A stretch of 64,000 bases of DNA, taken from positions 1 through 64,000 of the forward strand of contig JAQGDQ010000568.1 of the NCBI GenBank assembly GCA_030141605.1. The letters run 5' to 3'. Shown piece by piece: positions 1 to 13,956 of this stretch (the first letter of the stretch is position 1; each line of letters opens with the position of its first letter). The notes beneath the pieces are model-generated. The model saw only the letters and a program-made list of their open reading frames with translations. It made no database searches and had not been told where the DNA came from. The stretch is from Tubiluchus corallicola (taxonomy: Eukaryota > Animalia > Priapulida). Made by a program: the position numbers and the translations under genes.

Positions 1-529
1 ATTTATTTGTTCTAGCAAAACTGTGCATTAGATCGGGGAGCCAATCTTCTTGTCAATTCAGTTCTTTTACACCTCAGAACAAAATGTTCCTCGTCCTCTA
101 TAAATTTATTTGGTTGACAAAATTCACACACTCGTTCCTGTCCAGATTTTCGCTCCCTTCGGCCCTTTTCAATACCCAAATCTAGGCGATTCTCCGTAGT
201 CGGGTTTCATTTTTATTATTTATTTCCTGAGATGGTAGCATGTATGCTGTTTAGGCCTTAGATTCAAATGCCTAGTGTACGTATTCAGCATTATCAAACG
301 AATTTAACGATTTTTTAAATAGACAATATTTAAAATAAAAAAGTTACAAAATAATACACATTATCTAGAAATAAAAATTAGGAAAAAGACCGATACAAAC
401 AATAACCTCTCAATATAGTACGATATCAAATTTTATAGTTTATGCTCGCATTTAGTTAGAGTTTTGCAACGGTTAACAGGTTAGTCAAAATAATTATGCT
501 TAGACACACACAAATACTGCTGTGATTTC

Positions 530-709
530 CCCCGAGTTACTGCCTATTGTGAACGCTCGGCGAGTTACTCTCGACACTTCTCGCAATGAAACAGAGAAGC
601 GAGTGTCAGCTGGCGCTTACTGTCGGAGAGTAACTCTGAGTCAGTTTTGCTCTCTAGTCTGAACACGCTTGCGAGTTAAGAAAACATGCTAGTCTGAACG
701 CCCCATTAG
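530..709. mobile_element. DNA transposon end (possibly PIF/Harbinger-like), shared with 33690-33903
   Basis: GAGTTACTCTCGACACTTC...GCTAGTCTGAACGC(C/G)CCATTAGA occurs at both loci, ending next to TTA. Confidence 0.6.
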
Positions 710-779
710 ATTAGGAATGAAATTGTCTCCGTAATTAAATGCTGATTGGACATGGTAAAGTCGGGACTGGAGACGACAC

Positions 780-1155
780 CTACAAAAAGAAAGAAATTAG
801 GAAGGAAAGAAGGAGCGAATGAAGGAAGGAAGGAAGGAAGGAAGAAAAAAAAGAGGAAAATAAAGAAAGAGAAAAAGAAAGAAAGAATTAATGAAGGGAG
901 GGAGGGACGGAGGAAAGAAAGTAAGAGACTACGTAAGTAAGTAATTAAGGAAGGAATGAAGAAAAGACGAAGGAAAGCAAAAAGGAACAAAGAAAGAAAA
1001 AAAGAGAGAAAGAAAGAAAAAAGAATGAAAGGTAGAAAGAAAAAAGGAAAGAAAAAAGATGGAAAGAAAGAAAGGGAAAAGGGGGGAAAGAAGAAAAGGG
1101 AAAAAAGAAAGAAAGAAGTAAAAAAAGAGAAAAGAAAAGAAAAGAAAAAAGAAGG
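780..1155. repeat. Polypurine (GA-rich) low-complexity tract; a similar tract lies at 2480-2650
   Basis: Nearly pure A/G. Both tracts end in GAAGGT(G/A)CAAA..TTATCGAATCTT. Confidence 0.85.
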
Positions 1156-1527
1156 TGCAAACAATTATTGAGTTATCGAATCTTAAAAAACAACACATTA
1201 TAACTTGTTCTGGCTATTCTTACCCTATTTTTGCTTGGCTTCCTGGTGTTTGCAGCAACAAATCCTCCGCACCCGGGACGGCTTGTCAAAATCCTGGCTT
1301 CTCTCTTGTCAAAATGGTTTCTCTTTTTGTTTCCTGTTGGTCTTTTGACAGTAGCGGCACGCGCTATGCAGTTGAAGCTGGGATGAGGTAAATGGACAGG
1401 TTTCATCAATCCCTTTACTCGCTAAAGATGATGGAGGAATGTGCACATGCGCAGTAGCTTCTTACGCCACTTCGATGAGAAGCAGGATTCCTCGTGTGTT
1501 TTTTTTTCAGAGTATACGAAGGCAGAA

Positions 1528-2070
1528 TTAAAGGGAAAGTAAAGGGAATTTAAAAGTATATCCATCCAAAGAACTTTCCATACAAAGTTATATTATTTAG
1601 CATTGCACTTACCTGTTTGAAGGACTTATGCAATTGAAAAAGAAAATTCTTAACGATTTAAAATTTTTACGCCAACTGATAAAACTCCACCGTGTTTCCA
1701 TCCCGGCGTGCATCAGTGGTTCACCAAAAACACTTTATTTTTCTTATTATAAGTACAAAGTAATTAATACTTTTGTTTATTTAGCGAAAAGTGTGTTACG
1801 AATGCTCTGTTTACTTTTCTAACTTTACACAATGTCATCTAAACTTGTTTCAAACGACATACCGTCAAAATGGCTGCGCCTATCCCTTATCAGCGGATTT
1901 TAAATTTGCAAGTTTTATACAGCGTTGTTGCTAATGCAAGATCTGTGCGCAATAAGACAGCACGTACGTGAATTAAAGTTTCAAGACGAAATTTCTTAAG
2001 CTTTATTTATGAAGAGTGTATAAAGTTTCTTATGCTTTATTTATGAAGAGTGTTTTCTTGTGTTTTGAAA
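1528..2070 (+). mobile_element. Interspersed repeat family B (probable TTAA-type MITE)
   Basis: AACTTTCCATACAAAGTTATA...AAACTTGTTTCAAA...AAAATGGCTGCG is shared with 4030-4480, 4880-5352, 50215-50625(-), 50685-50985(-) and 56730-57095. Starts TTAAAGGG; the 4880-5352 copy ends CTTTAA. Confidence 0.75.
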
Positions 2071-3451
2071 GAGTTAAAAATGCGCAATTGTGTAGCACTT
2101 CAATATTTGTATTTAACACCAATCAAGTAGAAAGTTATAGAATCATCAATACATGAATGTAATCTTGTAACTTCTTTTGAATATTTGATTATTTTCAGAT
2201 CTATAGTGTAGAGTTAATTTTAGGGTTATTACGTTGTAAATTGTTTTAATACAACTTGCGAATTTTACGGTTATTTTAATATCCTTATTTTTCTTTGCCT
2301 TCTTTCTGTTTTGCGATGGAAACTCAAGTTTTTGAAGTCACTAAAATGAAAATTTCGAAACTAATTCAATTTCAATCAATCAAAATATTTAACAAAGCTC
2401 CTGTTGACTTCTTTCTCTTTTTTGGTAAAGTTTACAGGGCTGAGTTTTTTAACAAACCTTGGAATGCTGAACATATGCTAAGCAAAGAACAGAAAAAAAT
2501 GAAAAGAACATAAAAGAAAATAAAAAATGAAAAGAAAAGAAAAGAAAGGAAAGGAAAGGAAAGGAAAAGAAAAGAAAAGAGTAAATAAGAAAAGGAAAGA
2601 AACAAAAAGAAAAGACAAAAAGAAAACGAAAAAGAAAAAGAAAGAAGGTACAAATAATTATCGAATCTTTGAAAAATCGCTTTTAAAACGGAAAATCGCT
2701 AACCAAGAGTGTTTTTTTGCAATTTTTGCCATTTTAAACTCTTAAAGTATCGAGTTTTACAAGAACTTCTATTTCAAAGTTGTATTTCTTAAGTGAAGAA
2801 TGTTTACTTATTTATTTATTTATAATACATCTATGAACTGAAGTCAAGAGACTTATACGTCCATTAAAAACATCGTAAAACATATCCACAATGTAGAGAA
2901 AGTAAAATTACTGCTAAAAGTACAAAATACACAGTATATGGTTAGTACAATGTAAACAATATATATGTTTTATTAAAAATGCCTGAAAAGCCTTTCTTTG
3001 CCGATTTAGAGGTTTTTGTTTCCTGTTTATTAAAATCTTTACACGTTTTTTATTTGTAAAAAAAACTGGTCAGCCGTGATTGTTTTTTCTAAAGCTTAGA
3101 GCTTGTGAATGAGCTTCTTACCTTCGATTGTGTTTAAATCCATTTCTGTTTGACGAACAGAAATAGACAAAGAAGATTTCTAATTGTCAAAGAGCAAACC
3201 CATTTGTCTGAGCAAAGCCGGGGTAAATTCGATTAAGTACCAGTCTAATGCTGAATAACGCCATCTTGTCATATTTTGTATGTTTTCGCTTATGAATATG
3301 TCAATAATATCTATTTTTCTTCTGGAATTTACCGCGACGCGATAAATCCAATTCAGAATAAGCCGGATAATTTTAATTTTGTTTGTGCGATGCCTTTAGA
3401 AAGTAGTTAATGGATTGTTTTACAACGTGATTTGCGAAATTAAGGATTAAA

Positions 3452-3828
3452 TCAAAAACAGGATGGTTTTTCATATACTACCACATTTTCAAGTGAGATA
3501 CAAAGTATACATTTTAACACCAATAATACTGCAAAAGCGTTTCTGATAATTAAATAATGGGTTAAAATCTTAATTAACATCGGGCGAGCCCAACAATTGA
3601 TGACGTCACAAACGAACATGATTTTTATAGTAAAAATATTCCACGAGCGTGTTGCACATATTTGCAAAAGCGAAAATTGTAGTACAGTAGTACTGTGAGA
3701 CATTCGGTGTGTTGTAATAAAACTCGGCAAGTTTTAAGATAAAAATTCAAATTTCACATTTACCTCTGCTCACTCATGAGTGTAGTTCGTCAGAAACTAA
3801 AACATCTAAACTGAGCGGTACAGCACTT
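3452..3828 (+). mobile_element. MITE family A, partial copy
   Basis: AAAACAGGATGGTTTTTCATATAC...AACTGAGCGGTACAGCAC matches 51630-52018. Confidence 0.8.
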
Positions 3829-4029
3829 TCCCTTCATCCATGTCTCATTCTTTCTCTATCCCTCTCTCTTTCCCCTTACCCATGTCCCTTTCTTCCTCTA
3901 TCCCTCTCTCTTTCCCCTCACCCATGTCCCTTTCTTTCTCTATCCCTCTCTCTTTCCCCTCGCACATGTCCTTCTTTCTTTCTCTTATTCCCTTCTCTCC
4001 CTTCCCTCTCTTCTAAGCATGTGTCAAAA

Positions 4030-4480
4030 AACTTTCCATACAAAGTTATACTGTACTAAGAATTACGTGTAACTGCGTGAAAGCGTACCCAAAGCTGATG
4101 TTTAACTGAAAAAGAAGATTCTTAATAATTTAAAATGCTCGCGCCAGCTGGTAAAACGTCACTGTTTCGCCATCCCAGTGTGCGCCAAAAACGTTATTGG
4201 CTCACCCAAAAACACATTATTAATCTTGAAGTGTGTGTACAATTGCTCTGATTTTTTTTTTCAAATTTTACGCAGTGCTATCTAAACTTGTTTCAAATGA
4301 ATTACTGTTATATTAAAAAAATGGCTGCAACATAACGGTCATTGCGCGAGTTTAAATTTTCAGGTTATATACAGCGATACTGGTAACGCAAGCGCTGTGT
4401 GTAATGAGACAGCATGTAAGTGATACAAAAATTCAAAGCGAATTGCTTAACTTTATGTAAGAATTCTTTTTTCTTGTTCG
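4030..4480 (+). mobile_element. Repeat family B copy
   Basis: Collinear with 1570-2070. Confidence 0.75.
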
Positions 4481-4879
4481 TTAAACCACTACATCGGGTT
4501 TCATATTGCATAAGTTACACGGACAGTCGATTTAGAATGTTTCCGTAAATTTTTCGACAACAGCACGTGCTTACTGTAATCACACAAATCAAATTTCTTC
4601 TCTTCAGCACATATAAATGCAAATTTGGTTTTCAAGTGTGCTGTGCAGAACATATGCCTAGAAAAATGCATATAGAGTAGTTATAATATGCATCTGTTTT
4701 CGTGTGCAGTTCATGAAAATAATCCCGTCCGTTTTTTGCTGTAGTGATGGGCAATGTCAGATCAACAGCTTGAAAGAGGAAAAAGGGACGAAAATTGCTT
4801 ATTGCTCAACAAAGCAGCTTCTAAATTGGGAGTTTTTTTCCACTGAACGCTTTTGTTTGGTTGTTTTAGTTTGACAGTT

Positions 4880-5352
4880 TGAAAGGGGAAGAAACGGGAA
4901 TTTTAAAGTATAATCGATAGCTTTACTAAGTTCTATTACTTAGTATTACGCCTACCCGTTCGAAAGACTCGTGTAATTCTTATTAAAATATTCATAAAAC
5001 CCGTTAAACGACACTGCAACGCCTTCCCAGTGTGCACCACTGATTCACCATAAACCACACTATTGATCTTACTGACAAATATAACGGAATTTAAACTTTT
5101 GCTTAGTTAGTGAAGAGTGTGGTACAAAAAAATGCTCTGATTATTTTTTTTTCAAACTTTTTCATAATGTCATCTAAATTTCGTTCAAATGATTTACCGT
5201 TACTCTTCAAATGACGATATCTGTAGAGTTTAAAATTAAATTTGAAAGTTTTACAAACGGGAACTGCTAACGCAAGGTTTCTGTGCAATAAGGCAGCATT
5301 TCAAGACGAAAATTTAAGCTCTGTTTATAAAGAGTGTTTACTTGTGCTTTAA
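4880..5352 (+). mobile_element. Repeat family B copy
   Basis: Collinear with 1540-2070; ends GAGTGTTTACTTGTGCTTTAA. Confidence 0.7.
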
Positions 5353-5552
5353 TGGAGAGGAATGAAGAGGCAACATGGATGCAGTCACGTTTTTAAACTT
5401 TGAGGAAGTGTCTTCTTCTTTTTTATTATAATAGTTTTTAGTATTCTCTTATACGTGTGTCTAAAGCCGCTGACAGAGTTTTACCAGCTAAAATTGATCC
5501 AATTGTCAACGACAACAATTGATATTTTAAAATTAACTTTTTTTGTTTAGAA

Positions 5553-5990
5553 AATCAATAAAAACACGAAAAATACACGCCATATTGTGCACAGTAATTC
5601 AATAAAAACATGACAAATACATGCCATGCTGTGCACAGTAAATCAATAAAAACACGACAAATGCATGCCATGTTGTACACAGTAAATCAATAAAAACACG
5701 ACAAATACACGTCATATTGTGCACAGTAAATCAATAAAAACACGACAAATGCATGCCATGTTGCACACAGTAAATCAATAAAAACACGACAAATACACGT
5801 CATATTGTGCACAGTAAATCAATAAAAACATGACAAATACATGCCATGTTGTACACAGTAAATCAATAAAAACACTACAAATACATGCCATGTTGTGCAC
5901 AGTAAATCAATAAAACATGACAAATACGTGCCATGTTGTGCACAGTAAATCAATAAAAACACTACAAATACACACCATGTTGTGCACAGT
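5553..5990. repeat. 44-bp minisatellite, ~10 copies
   Basis: Unit AATCAATAAAAACACGACAAATACACGTCATATTGTGCACAGTA; starts at 5641 and 5685. Confidence 0.95.
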
Positions 5991-6177
5991 TCACGTTCTA
6001 TTGTTTTTTTCGAAGAGTTGACTTTCCGCGAAGAAGTTTAGCCGACAAAAGTTGTATAATGCAAGTGTAGGAAGTATATTGTCCCAGACTTTACTAATAT
6101 GAACAATGATATGATTAATATTAAGACTAACAATTGTTAATATTAACAATTAACAATTAACAATAACAACTCTCGAT

Positions 6178-6365
6178 CGTGATAGTCTTCCAACAAGGGG
6201 GGGGGGGACGCGCTTGCTCTTTTATGGATTCCGGTGTACTGACACCTTGTGACAGTATAGGCGTTGACTTACGTGATAGTCTTCCAACAAGGGGGGGGGG
6301 GGCAAACGCGCTTGCTCTTTTATGGATTCCGGTGTACTGAAACCTTGTGACAGTATAGGCGTTGG
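6178..6365. repeat. Tandem ~94-bp duplication with G-runs
   Basis: CGTGATAGTCTTCCAACAAG(G)n...GTGACAGTATAGGCGTTG occurs twice. Confidence 0.9.
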
Positions 6366-7626
6366 CTTTAGTACTACTTCCTGAAACGTGCTTATAAAAA
6401 GGCCAACTCAATATAACAACTCTATTGACTGACATAGAGGAATATTATTCCTTCTGAACGCTTCAGAAAACATCATTAGCCTTGTTAAAAACGTTGTTAC
6501 TTGTCCATTAATTGGCATTAATGACGATCGTTATATCCACGATGCTGGTGAAGAGACACTTACGACTCAATTACTGTGGTTTGTTAGTTGTTTACGTTAG
6601 TACTCACCTGTACTTACGGCTGGAACGAATAGGAACCTCCAGAAATTATTAGCACTTCAGAATTACGCAAAGGAATGCTCGATTCTGACATTTTGTATTA
6701 ACAGTATTGAAACCATTAGAATGAATACTAGTTTTGCGTGATAATTTGTTTCATACTGGCACATACACGGGCGCATTTATTAACCCTAATAAATTGTACC
6801 AGGTGGAAAAAGCTGGGTCAAAGTCAAGGTCATTTTGCACTGCTAGATTTCTGAGGAAGCCAGGCGCATTAAGTTGGCTTGTTGCCAAGAGGTTGTTGGC
6901 TTTTGATGTAGGCTTAAATCCGTGCAAATTTTGTTATAAAATATTATACGAGATTATTGCAAACATATAAATTACTTGCTTATGTATAAATGCTTTATGT
7001 AAAGTTTTATATCTCTATCAGTTTAGCACCTCTTAAACTTATTTTTTATTTTGCAAAGTTACTTAATTTTTTTGTATGCTTGTTTTATGCGCTTCGCGTC
7101 TTGTTTTAAGAATATAGTAAATAAATAAATAAATACCTGCACAAAAGTAGAAACCTATGAAATGTTCTTACTATAATATCATTAATATAATTATTATGAA
7201 ACACACTTTTGGACTGCTTCATCAGTGATACTTACCTTCTTAAATTTATTAGTCATTTTTGATCGATAATCATATTGGTCATTTTTGATCGATAATCGAT
7301 TTAGTGCCACTATTGCGTAGCCAAATTAATTTGTTAGCTAATTTGCTTTTAATTGGGTAGTTTTGTCCATAGAACTCATTTGCTTTACTAATTTTGTTTT
7401 AACTTTGTTTTGCGTAAATTTGCATAATTTTATTTACCATAGTCGTTTGCTATCAATTTAATTTTGATCTATTTTCCTTTCTATCCTTTATTTTGTTCTA
7501 ATAATATTTGCTCGCCATGCTGAAATTAGTAGACTCATTATTTAGGGATGGCAGACTAGATCACCTTTTGGTCTTTCGCCATTCCGTCCTTCTCTAAAAA
7601 GTTATTCTAAAGGCAAAAATAAATTA

Positions 7627-7829
<203 letters not shown>

Positions 7830-7904
7830 GACAATGGTAGGGAGAAAGTGTATCAACCTTTGGGATTCGTAGCAGCATACTGCAGCAACAGAAAATGACT
7901 AGTT

Positions 7905-8097
7905 AAGCAAAATAATTAAACATTATGATCTTAATATCAAGATTGCTATTAACGATGTTTCAAGGCTACAACTAATTAAATTTTGATAACAAACTTGAAA
8001 GACAGGAAATGTGAAAAAATTGGGATGAGTCTGGATTTGAACCAACGGCTTTCTTCTTACAAGGCAGACAGATGGCTTTAGATCACGTGGTCACCGC
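7905..8097 (-). mobile_element. tRNA-derived SINE
   Basis: Minus strand has B-box GGTTCAAATCC followed by CACATTTCCTGTCTTTCAAGTTTGTT...ATTAAGATCAT, shared with 49400-49565. Confidence 0.65.
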
Positions 8098-8477
8098 ACT
8101 TGCCATTGATCAAGACAGTCTGAAGTTCATTCTTTAATTTTTCTTCTCCCTCACCCAAAACTCAACCTAACCTTTCACATTTAGTTAAACCTCGTAACCA
8201 TTTAATTGAGGGTTTGTAACAGCATATGAAACTTCTTTACTTGTTTCACAGTTTGATAACCACTTTACATGCTGAGATGCAGCACAGAACATCACGGCAA
8301 GTAAATGGCTGTGGCAGGACTGGACTCTGTTTCTTTACCAAGGAAGTGGAAAGACAAGAAATGTGAAAAATAGCGATGCACATTGCTCAATGGGATGGTT
8401 GAGGTGGTACCTGAAATCTCTCTTAGCTCTCTGATTTGCATTCACCCCCCCCCCCTACTGAGGTAATTGATTACACG

Positions 8478-9142
8478 CAAGGCTGGTAGTACGGTACCGT
8501 ACGAAAAAATGCTTCAAATACGATACGAAATTACGGTATTTTTTCGTACATTTTTCGTCCCTTTTCGGTACCGCTTATCACCCAGTTTCTTGAAGCGTTT
8601 CTGTTTATCAGAAACTCAGTGTGAGGACTTATTTTGCTCGTGTGCGGGGACTTATTGTTCTCCCCTAGTTAACACGCAAACAAAACCGCTAAATCGCTTC
8701 TTTCTGAGTGCAAACTGGAAAGTCAGAAGTTGTTTGGAAGCCGGAGTTGTCATTTTCCGTAAATTAAGTTTACATTTCTTTACAAATTGCTTCCCAGGCT
8801 TGACACCGATTCATGTTACGCTGTTGTTTTACCAGCTATTTCTAGCTATTGTGTAGAAATTTACTGCACATCTCAAGCGTCGTTAATGAGGATTGCTTAG
8901 AACTTTGCCGATTTGTGCAAAACAGTAACGATTAGTAGTAACAGTAGATAACAGTAGTAAACTATAACAGTAGATCTTATATGAACTTGGTACGAAATTT
9001 GGTACGAAGTTACGGTACGGTATTTTATCTTGCTAGTACAGTTCGATTCGATTTTGTAGGTACTGTACGGAATTACGGTACCGTTTTTTTTAAAGGTACG
9101 AAGTACGGTAATTTTTTGTACCGCGCCGTACTGCCAGCCTTG
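8478..9142. mobile_element. hAT-like MITE
   Basis: TIRs CAAGGCTGGTAGTACGG / CCGTACTGCCAGCCTTG; subterminal (G)TACGG repeats; degenerate 8-bp TSD ATTACACG / GTTGCGCG. Confidence 0.8.
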
Positions 9143-9689
9143 GTTGCGCGCTGTAGATGAAGATATCAGAACAAGTAAGGAGTAGTGTCGTTAAAACAGT
9201 GGGTAATTAACTGTCACCAATCCAATCACTAGCCAAGTTCAGCGGGCTGATTTTACTTCCGGCGTTCAGCACGAGCGTTAACCATTCAATTGTTAACCCT
9301 ACCGAAAATACGAAATGCTAAAACCGCAATTATAAATACACGAATGTACATGGCGTGGTGTATATTTCATTTATTTTTTGAAGCTGTAATGCAGCGGCGT
9401 TTATAACCTACTTGGAACACACTTTGTACAACAGAGAATGTGACACATGAGGTATTGTGTTGCGTGATTTAATGAATGGACGAATAGCTGCAAAACCTTT
9501 TTCGGTTTTATGCTAAGGCTGCTAAACACGATTTGTTCAATGACCCATTGGTGATATTAGAGCTAATATTTACCTGCCGGATCAATACTATACATTTAAT
9601 ATCATTTATTGTAGTAAGGAGTCAGCTGATTAAACCTGGCAAGTGTCTCTAAATGCAGGCCTTTTCATTAAAGGTTGTCGTAAAATTAG

Positions 9690-10768
<1,079 letters not shown>

Positions 10769-10969
10769 TAGAATAGCAGAAACAAACACATTAGGCTGAC
10801 AATAGAATTAGCTTTATCCAGTTTATATAATTTCTTTGTACTAAATTTCTCGTCGGGAGAAAATTTTGTTCTTACTATCCTCTAATGTCAACGTACTCTG
10901 CAATGATGAATACGTTACGTGAAGTAACTTGTTTAGAATTGATGACGTAAAATTTTGTCTAGATGGTAT

Positions 10970-11440
10970 GTAACATGGTGCAATGATAAATGGTCGCTAC
11001 TATGATATGACGATGAATAACATACTTGAAGAAACTTAAGTAAAACTAACACATTTGATTAGAAGACATGTAATAATCTAATCATGGCACGATATGGCGC
11101 AATGATAAATGGTCACTACCATGATATGATGATGAATAAGAAATGAAAGTAATTTTAATAAAACTAACACATTTGATTAAATGACATGTAACAATCTAAT
11201 CATGGCACGACGTGGTGCCATGATAAATGGTCACTACCATGATATGATGATAAATAAGAAATGAAAATGATTTTAATAAAACTAACACATTTGATTAAAT
11301 GACATGTAACAATCTAATCATGGCACGACATGGTGTGATGATAAATAAAATCTTAGAAATAATTTAAGTAAAAGTAATTTAAATAATGTCTAATACATTT
11401 GACAAAACGACGTGAACCAATCTAATGATGGAATGACCTG
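10970..11440. repeat. ~119-bp tandem repeat, 3-4 copies
   Basis: ATGATAAATGGTCACTACCATGATATGATGAT...AACTAACACATTTGATT...AATCTAATCATGGCACGA is repeated. Confidence 0.9.
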
Positions 11441-11774
11441 ATGCAACTCGTATATGTGGTCAATGGCAAGAAATAGCATGTTTGTGACATATGAGAGCAT
11501 GACCAATTAGTTATTACACATTTGCCATTGGGTACTTTGAAAGAGCCTTTGCCACGAAGAAGATCTGTCATATTGCAATAAACTCACGAAAGCAATAATG
11601 AATTGGCATAGCAGTGTCTAGTTTTTTGCTGGATTACTGCTGTGTCCGCCTGCCTTGGGGGCAGATTTCTTTTATTTTAGAATTGTGCTTGCCCAATGTC
11701 TACAACAGACGTGATGAGCACATGATAATAATGGTGATGATGATGGTGGTGACTGAATTAGGAAATCTGATAAA

Positions 11775-11855
11775 AAGTTTTGCACCTCCACTTGGAATCG
11801 AACCCAAGCCTTGTGTTTTTAGTGGCAGCTGTGTAGTCACTACACCATAGAAGCA
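11775..11855 (-). pseudogene. tRNA-like sequence (SINE head or tRNA pseudogene)
   Basis: Minus strand TGGTGTAGTG (A-box-like) ... GGGTTCGATTCC (B-box); no intact cloverleaf. Confidence 0.55.
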
Positions 11856-11885
11856 CACTGATTTTTTAGATTTAAAAATTTATTC

Positions 11886-12562
11886 TACGCCCGCTAAAAA
11901 TATATACACGCTTAAGGAAAGAAAAAATCTGTATAAATATTTAACTTGTATAAGTACCTCTATAAATATAAATACCTCTTTCGATGTTTTATCAAATTGT
12001 GATAACACTAGTACGTTACTTTCTCAACAGATGACGCAACCGTCACGGCTGTAGCATCAACAAGTCATGTTAACAACATGGCGGATATAAGTACCTCTAT
12101 AAATATAAATACCTCTTTCGATGTTTTATCAAATTGTGATAACACTAGTACGATACTTTCTCAACAGATGACGCAACCCTCACTGCTGTAGCATGAACAA
12201 GTCATGTTTACAACATGGCGGAGACGTACGATTACCGTTTGAGCAACATAAAATTATTTTAGTGGTGTTTCATATTTGAGAATGTTGTTGACGTCCAACA
12301 ACAATGGAGCCATGAGTTTGGAACACAACCTCCAATACGTTTGACACGCAGAAAACCGACTACACTGGCGGAAGTAAAACAGGAAATTGAAGCAATTCTA
12401 CTGGACGCTTTAGCCAGCAAACAAATGTCTGGAAGCTAATGGTCACCACTTTGAGTACCTCTTTTGACTTTGCTTGATGTCTGAATGAATTAAACATTAC
12501 AATATTTATACAGACTTTTTTCTTTTCCTGAAGTGTATATACATTTTTTCGCTCACTCTGTA
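11886..12562 (+). mobile_element. Internally deleted Tc1/mariner-superfamily transposon with a transposase pseudogene
   Basis: Inverted ends 11893-11941 vs 12501-12562 (TA|CAGAGTGAGC on the right). Frameshifted remnant 12216-12460: VRLPFEQHKIIL / FENVVDVQQQWSHEFGTQPP.RLT (DUF4817-like HTH N-terminus) joined to RKPTTLAEVKQEI...ANGHHFEYL (typical C-terminus). Confidence 0.75.
11949..12221 (+). repeat. Tandem 137-bp duplication of the transposase promoter/ATG region
   Basis: TATAAGTACCTCTATAAATATAAATACC...CAACATGGCGGA occurs at 11949-12085 and 12086-12221. Confidence 0.9.
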
Positions 12563-12574
12563 TTACCTAATATA

Positions 12575-12862
12575 ACAAAGAAATTTGCAAAAAACTGTCT
12601 GTAAAGCATACAGTTATTTTATACTACGGCTGTTTGGAAATTTTCAGGCGCAGTGGTAGCCGCCATTCACTTGAAAATTATGACGTAACTGGTGGTGTAC
12701 GTGACTTTTCGTAAGTTCGCGAACTTCTTTAGCTTACCTAATATTCGTGCAGACATATCACAAAATTGGCTATCTAGCTTTTGTAAAAACTTATTAGACT
12801 TTTGACGGAAATTTACAGTGCACTGCTTTTCTTCAACCGCTGAACAACATCATTGGTGGAAG
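12575..12862 (+). repeat. Interspersed repeat, second copy at ~30968-31282
   Basis: ACAAAGAAATTTGCAAAAAACTGTCTGTAAAGC...GTAGCCGCCATTCACTTGAAAATTATGACG...TTGGTGGAAGAAT at both loci. Confidence 0.85.
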
Positions 12863-13060
12863 AATGAACGTTCAAAGAGAAAGTGCCCAACGTCATTGGT
12901 GGAAGAATGAACGTTCAAAGTGAGAGTGCCCAACGTCATTGGTGGAAGAATGTACGTTCAAAGAGAGAGTGAACAACGTCATAGGTGGAAGAATGAACGT
13001 TCAAAGCGGGAGTGAACAACGTCATTGGTGGAAGAATGAACGTTCAAAGTGAGAGTGCCC
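12843..13060. repeat. 43-bp minisatellite, 5 copies
   Basis: Unit CAACGTCATTGGTGGAAGAATGAACGTTCAAAG(A/T)GAGAGTGCC; starts at 12888 and 12931. Confidence 0.95.
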
Positions 13061-13614
13061 TAATTACGACTTTTAAGTCGTGATTACGACCTTTACGTGA
13101 TTTTGTACATTAGTAATTGTACATAGATGCTTATCACGCTTTTATTTCTAAATTCTTGCATCACAGGTGATGCCTGTTTTGAAAACAACACTTTCTATAT
13201 TTAGACACTTTTTCTAGTGTTGTGAAACAGTTATTCCGTGTGTCTATAATAGAATCGAGATTACAGTATGCAAATTATGCAAGCAGAGAAAGCAAGCCAA
13301 TTATTGAAAGTGAGTAATATGTCCAAGCCATTAGGATAAGTGAAGATAGAAATAAATAAGCTTGCCTCACAGACAAATGTCATTTGAGAAGAAGTGTCAG
13401 GTTTATTGAAAAACAAGGAATGAAGCGCTCATGTTTGACTTCCCACCTTTCTCTATACATTCACGTATCATAAATCGTATCTGACCTTCTCAAAATTCGG
13501 AATGGGGGCTGCGACTGCAATATAACTAAAATGTTCGCCCATTAGTTTTTAAGTGTTTTGAAAAATGAGACAAATAATACTAACATGTAAATATCGATAT
13601 ACTTACTTACATGC

Positions 13615-13956
13615 TAGAATAGTATAGTGTAGTGTAGTGTAGTGTGGTGTGGTGTGGTGTGGTGTGGTGTGGTGTGGTGCGGTGCGGTGCGGTGCGGTGC
13701 GGTGCGGTATGGTATGGTATAGAGTATAGTATAGTATAGTATAGTATAGTATAGTATAGTATAGTATAGTATAGTATAGTATAGTATAGTATAGTATAGT
13801 ATAGTATAGTATAGTATAGTATAGTATAGTATAGTATAGTATAGTATAGTATAGTATAGTATATTATAGTATAGTATAGTATAGTATAGTATAGTATAGT
13901 ATAGTATAGTATAGTATAGTATAGTATAGTATAGTATAGTATAGTATAGTATAGTA
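13615..13956. repeat. Compound pentanucleotide microsatellite (TAGTG/TGGTG/CGGTG/TGGTA/TAGTA)
   Basis: Read directly. Confidence 0.98.

Noticed and set aside
706-1198. K/E/R-rich and F/S/L-rich ORFs (also 2432-2745)
   Set aside because: Artefacts of polypurine low-complexity tracts.
11775-11855. Functional tRNA gene (also the heads at ~8.0 kb and ~49.3 kb)
   Set aside because: A/B-box-like motifs are present, but acceptor and anticodon stems do not pair properly.
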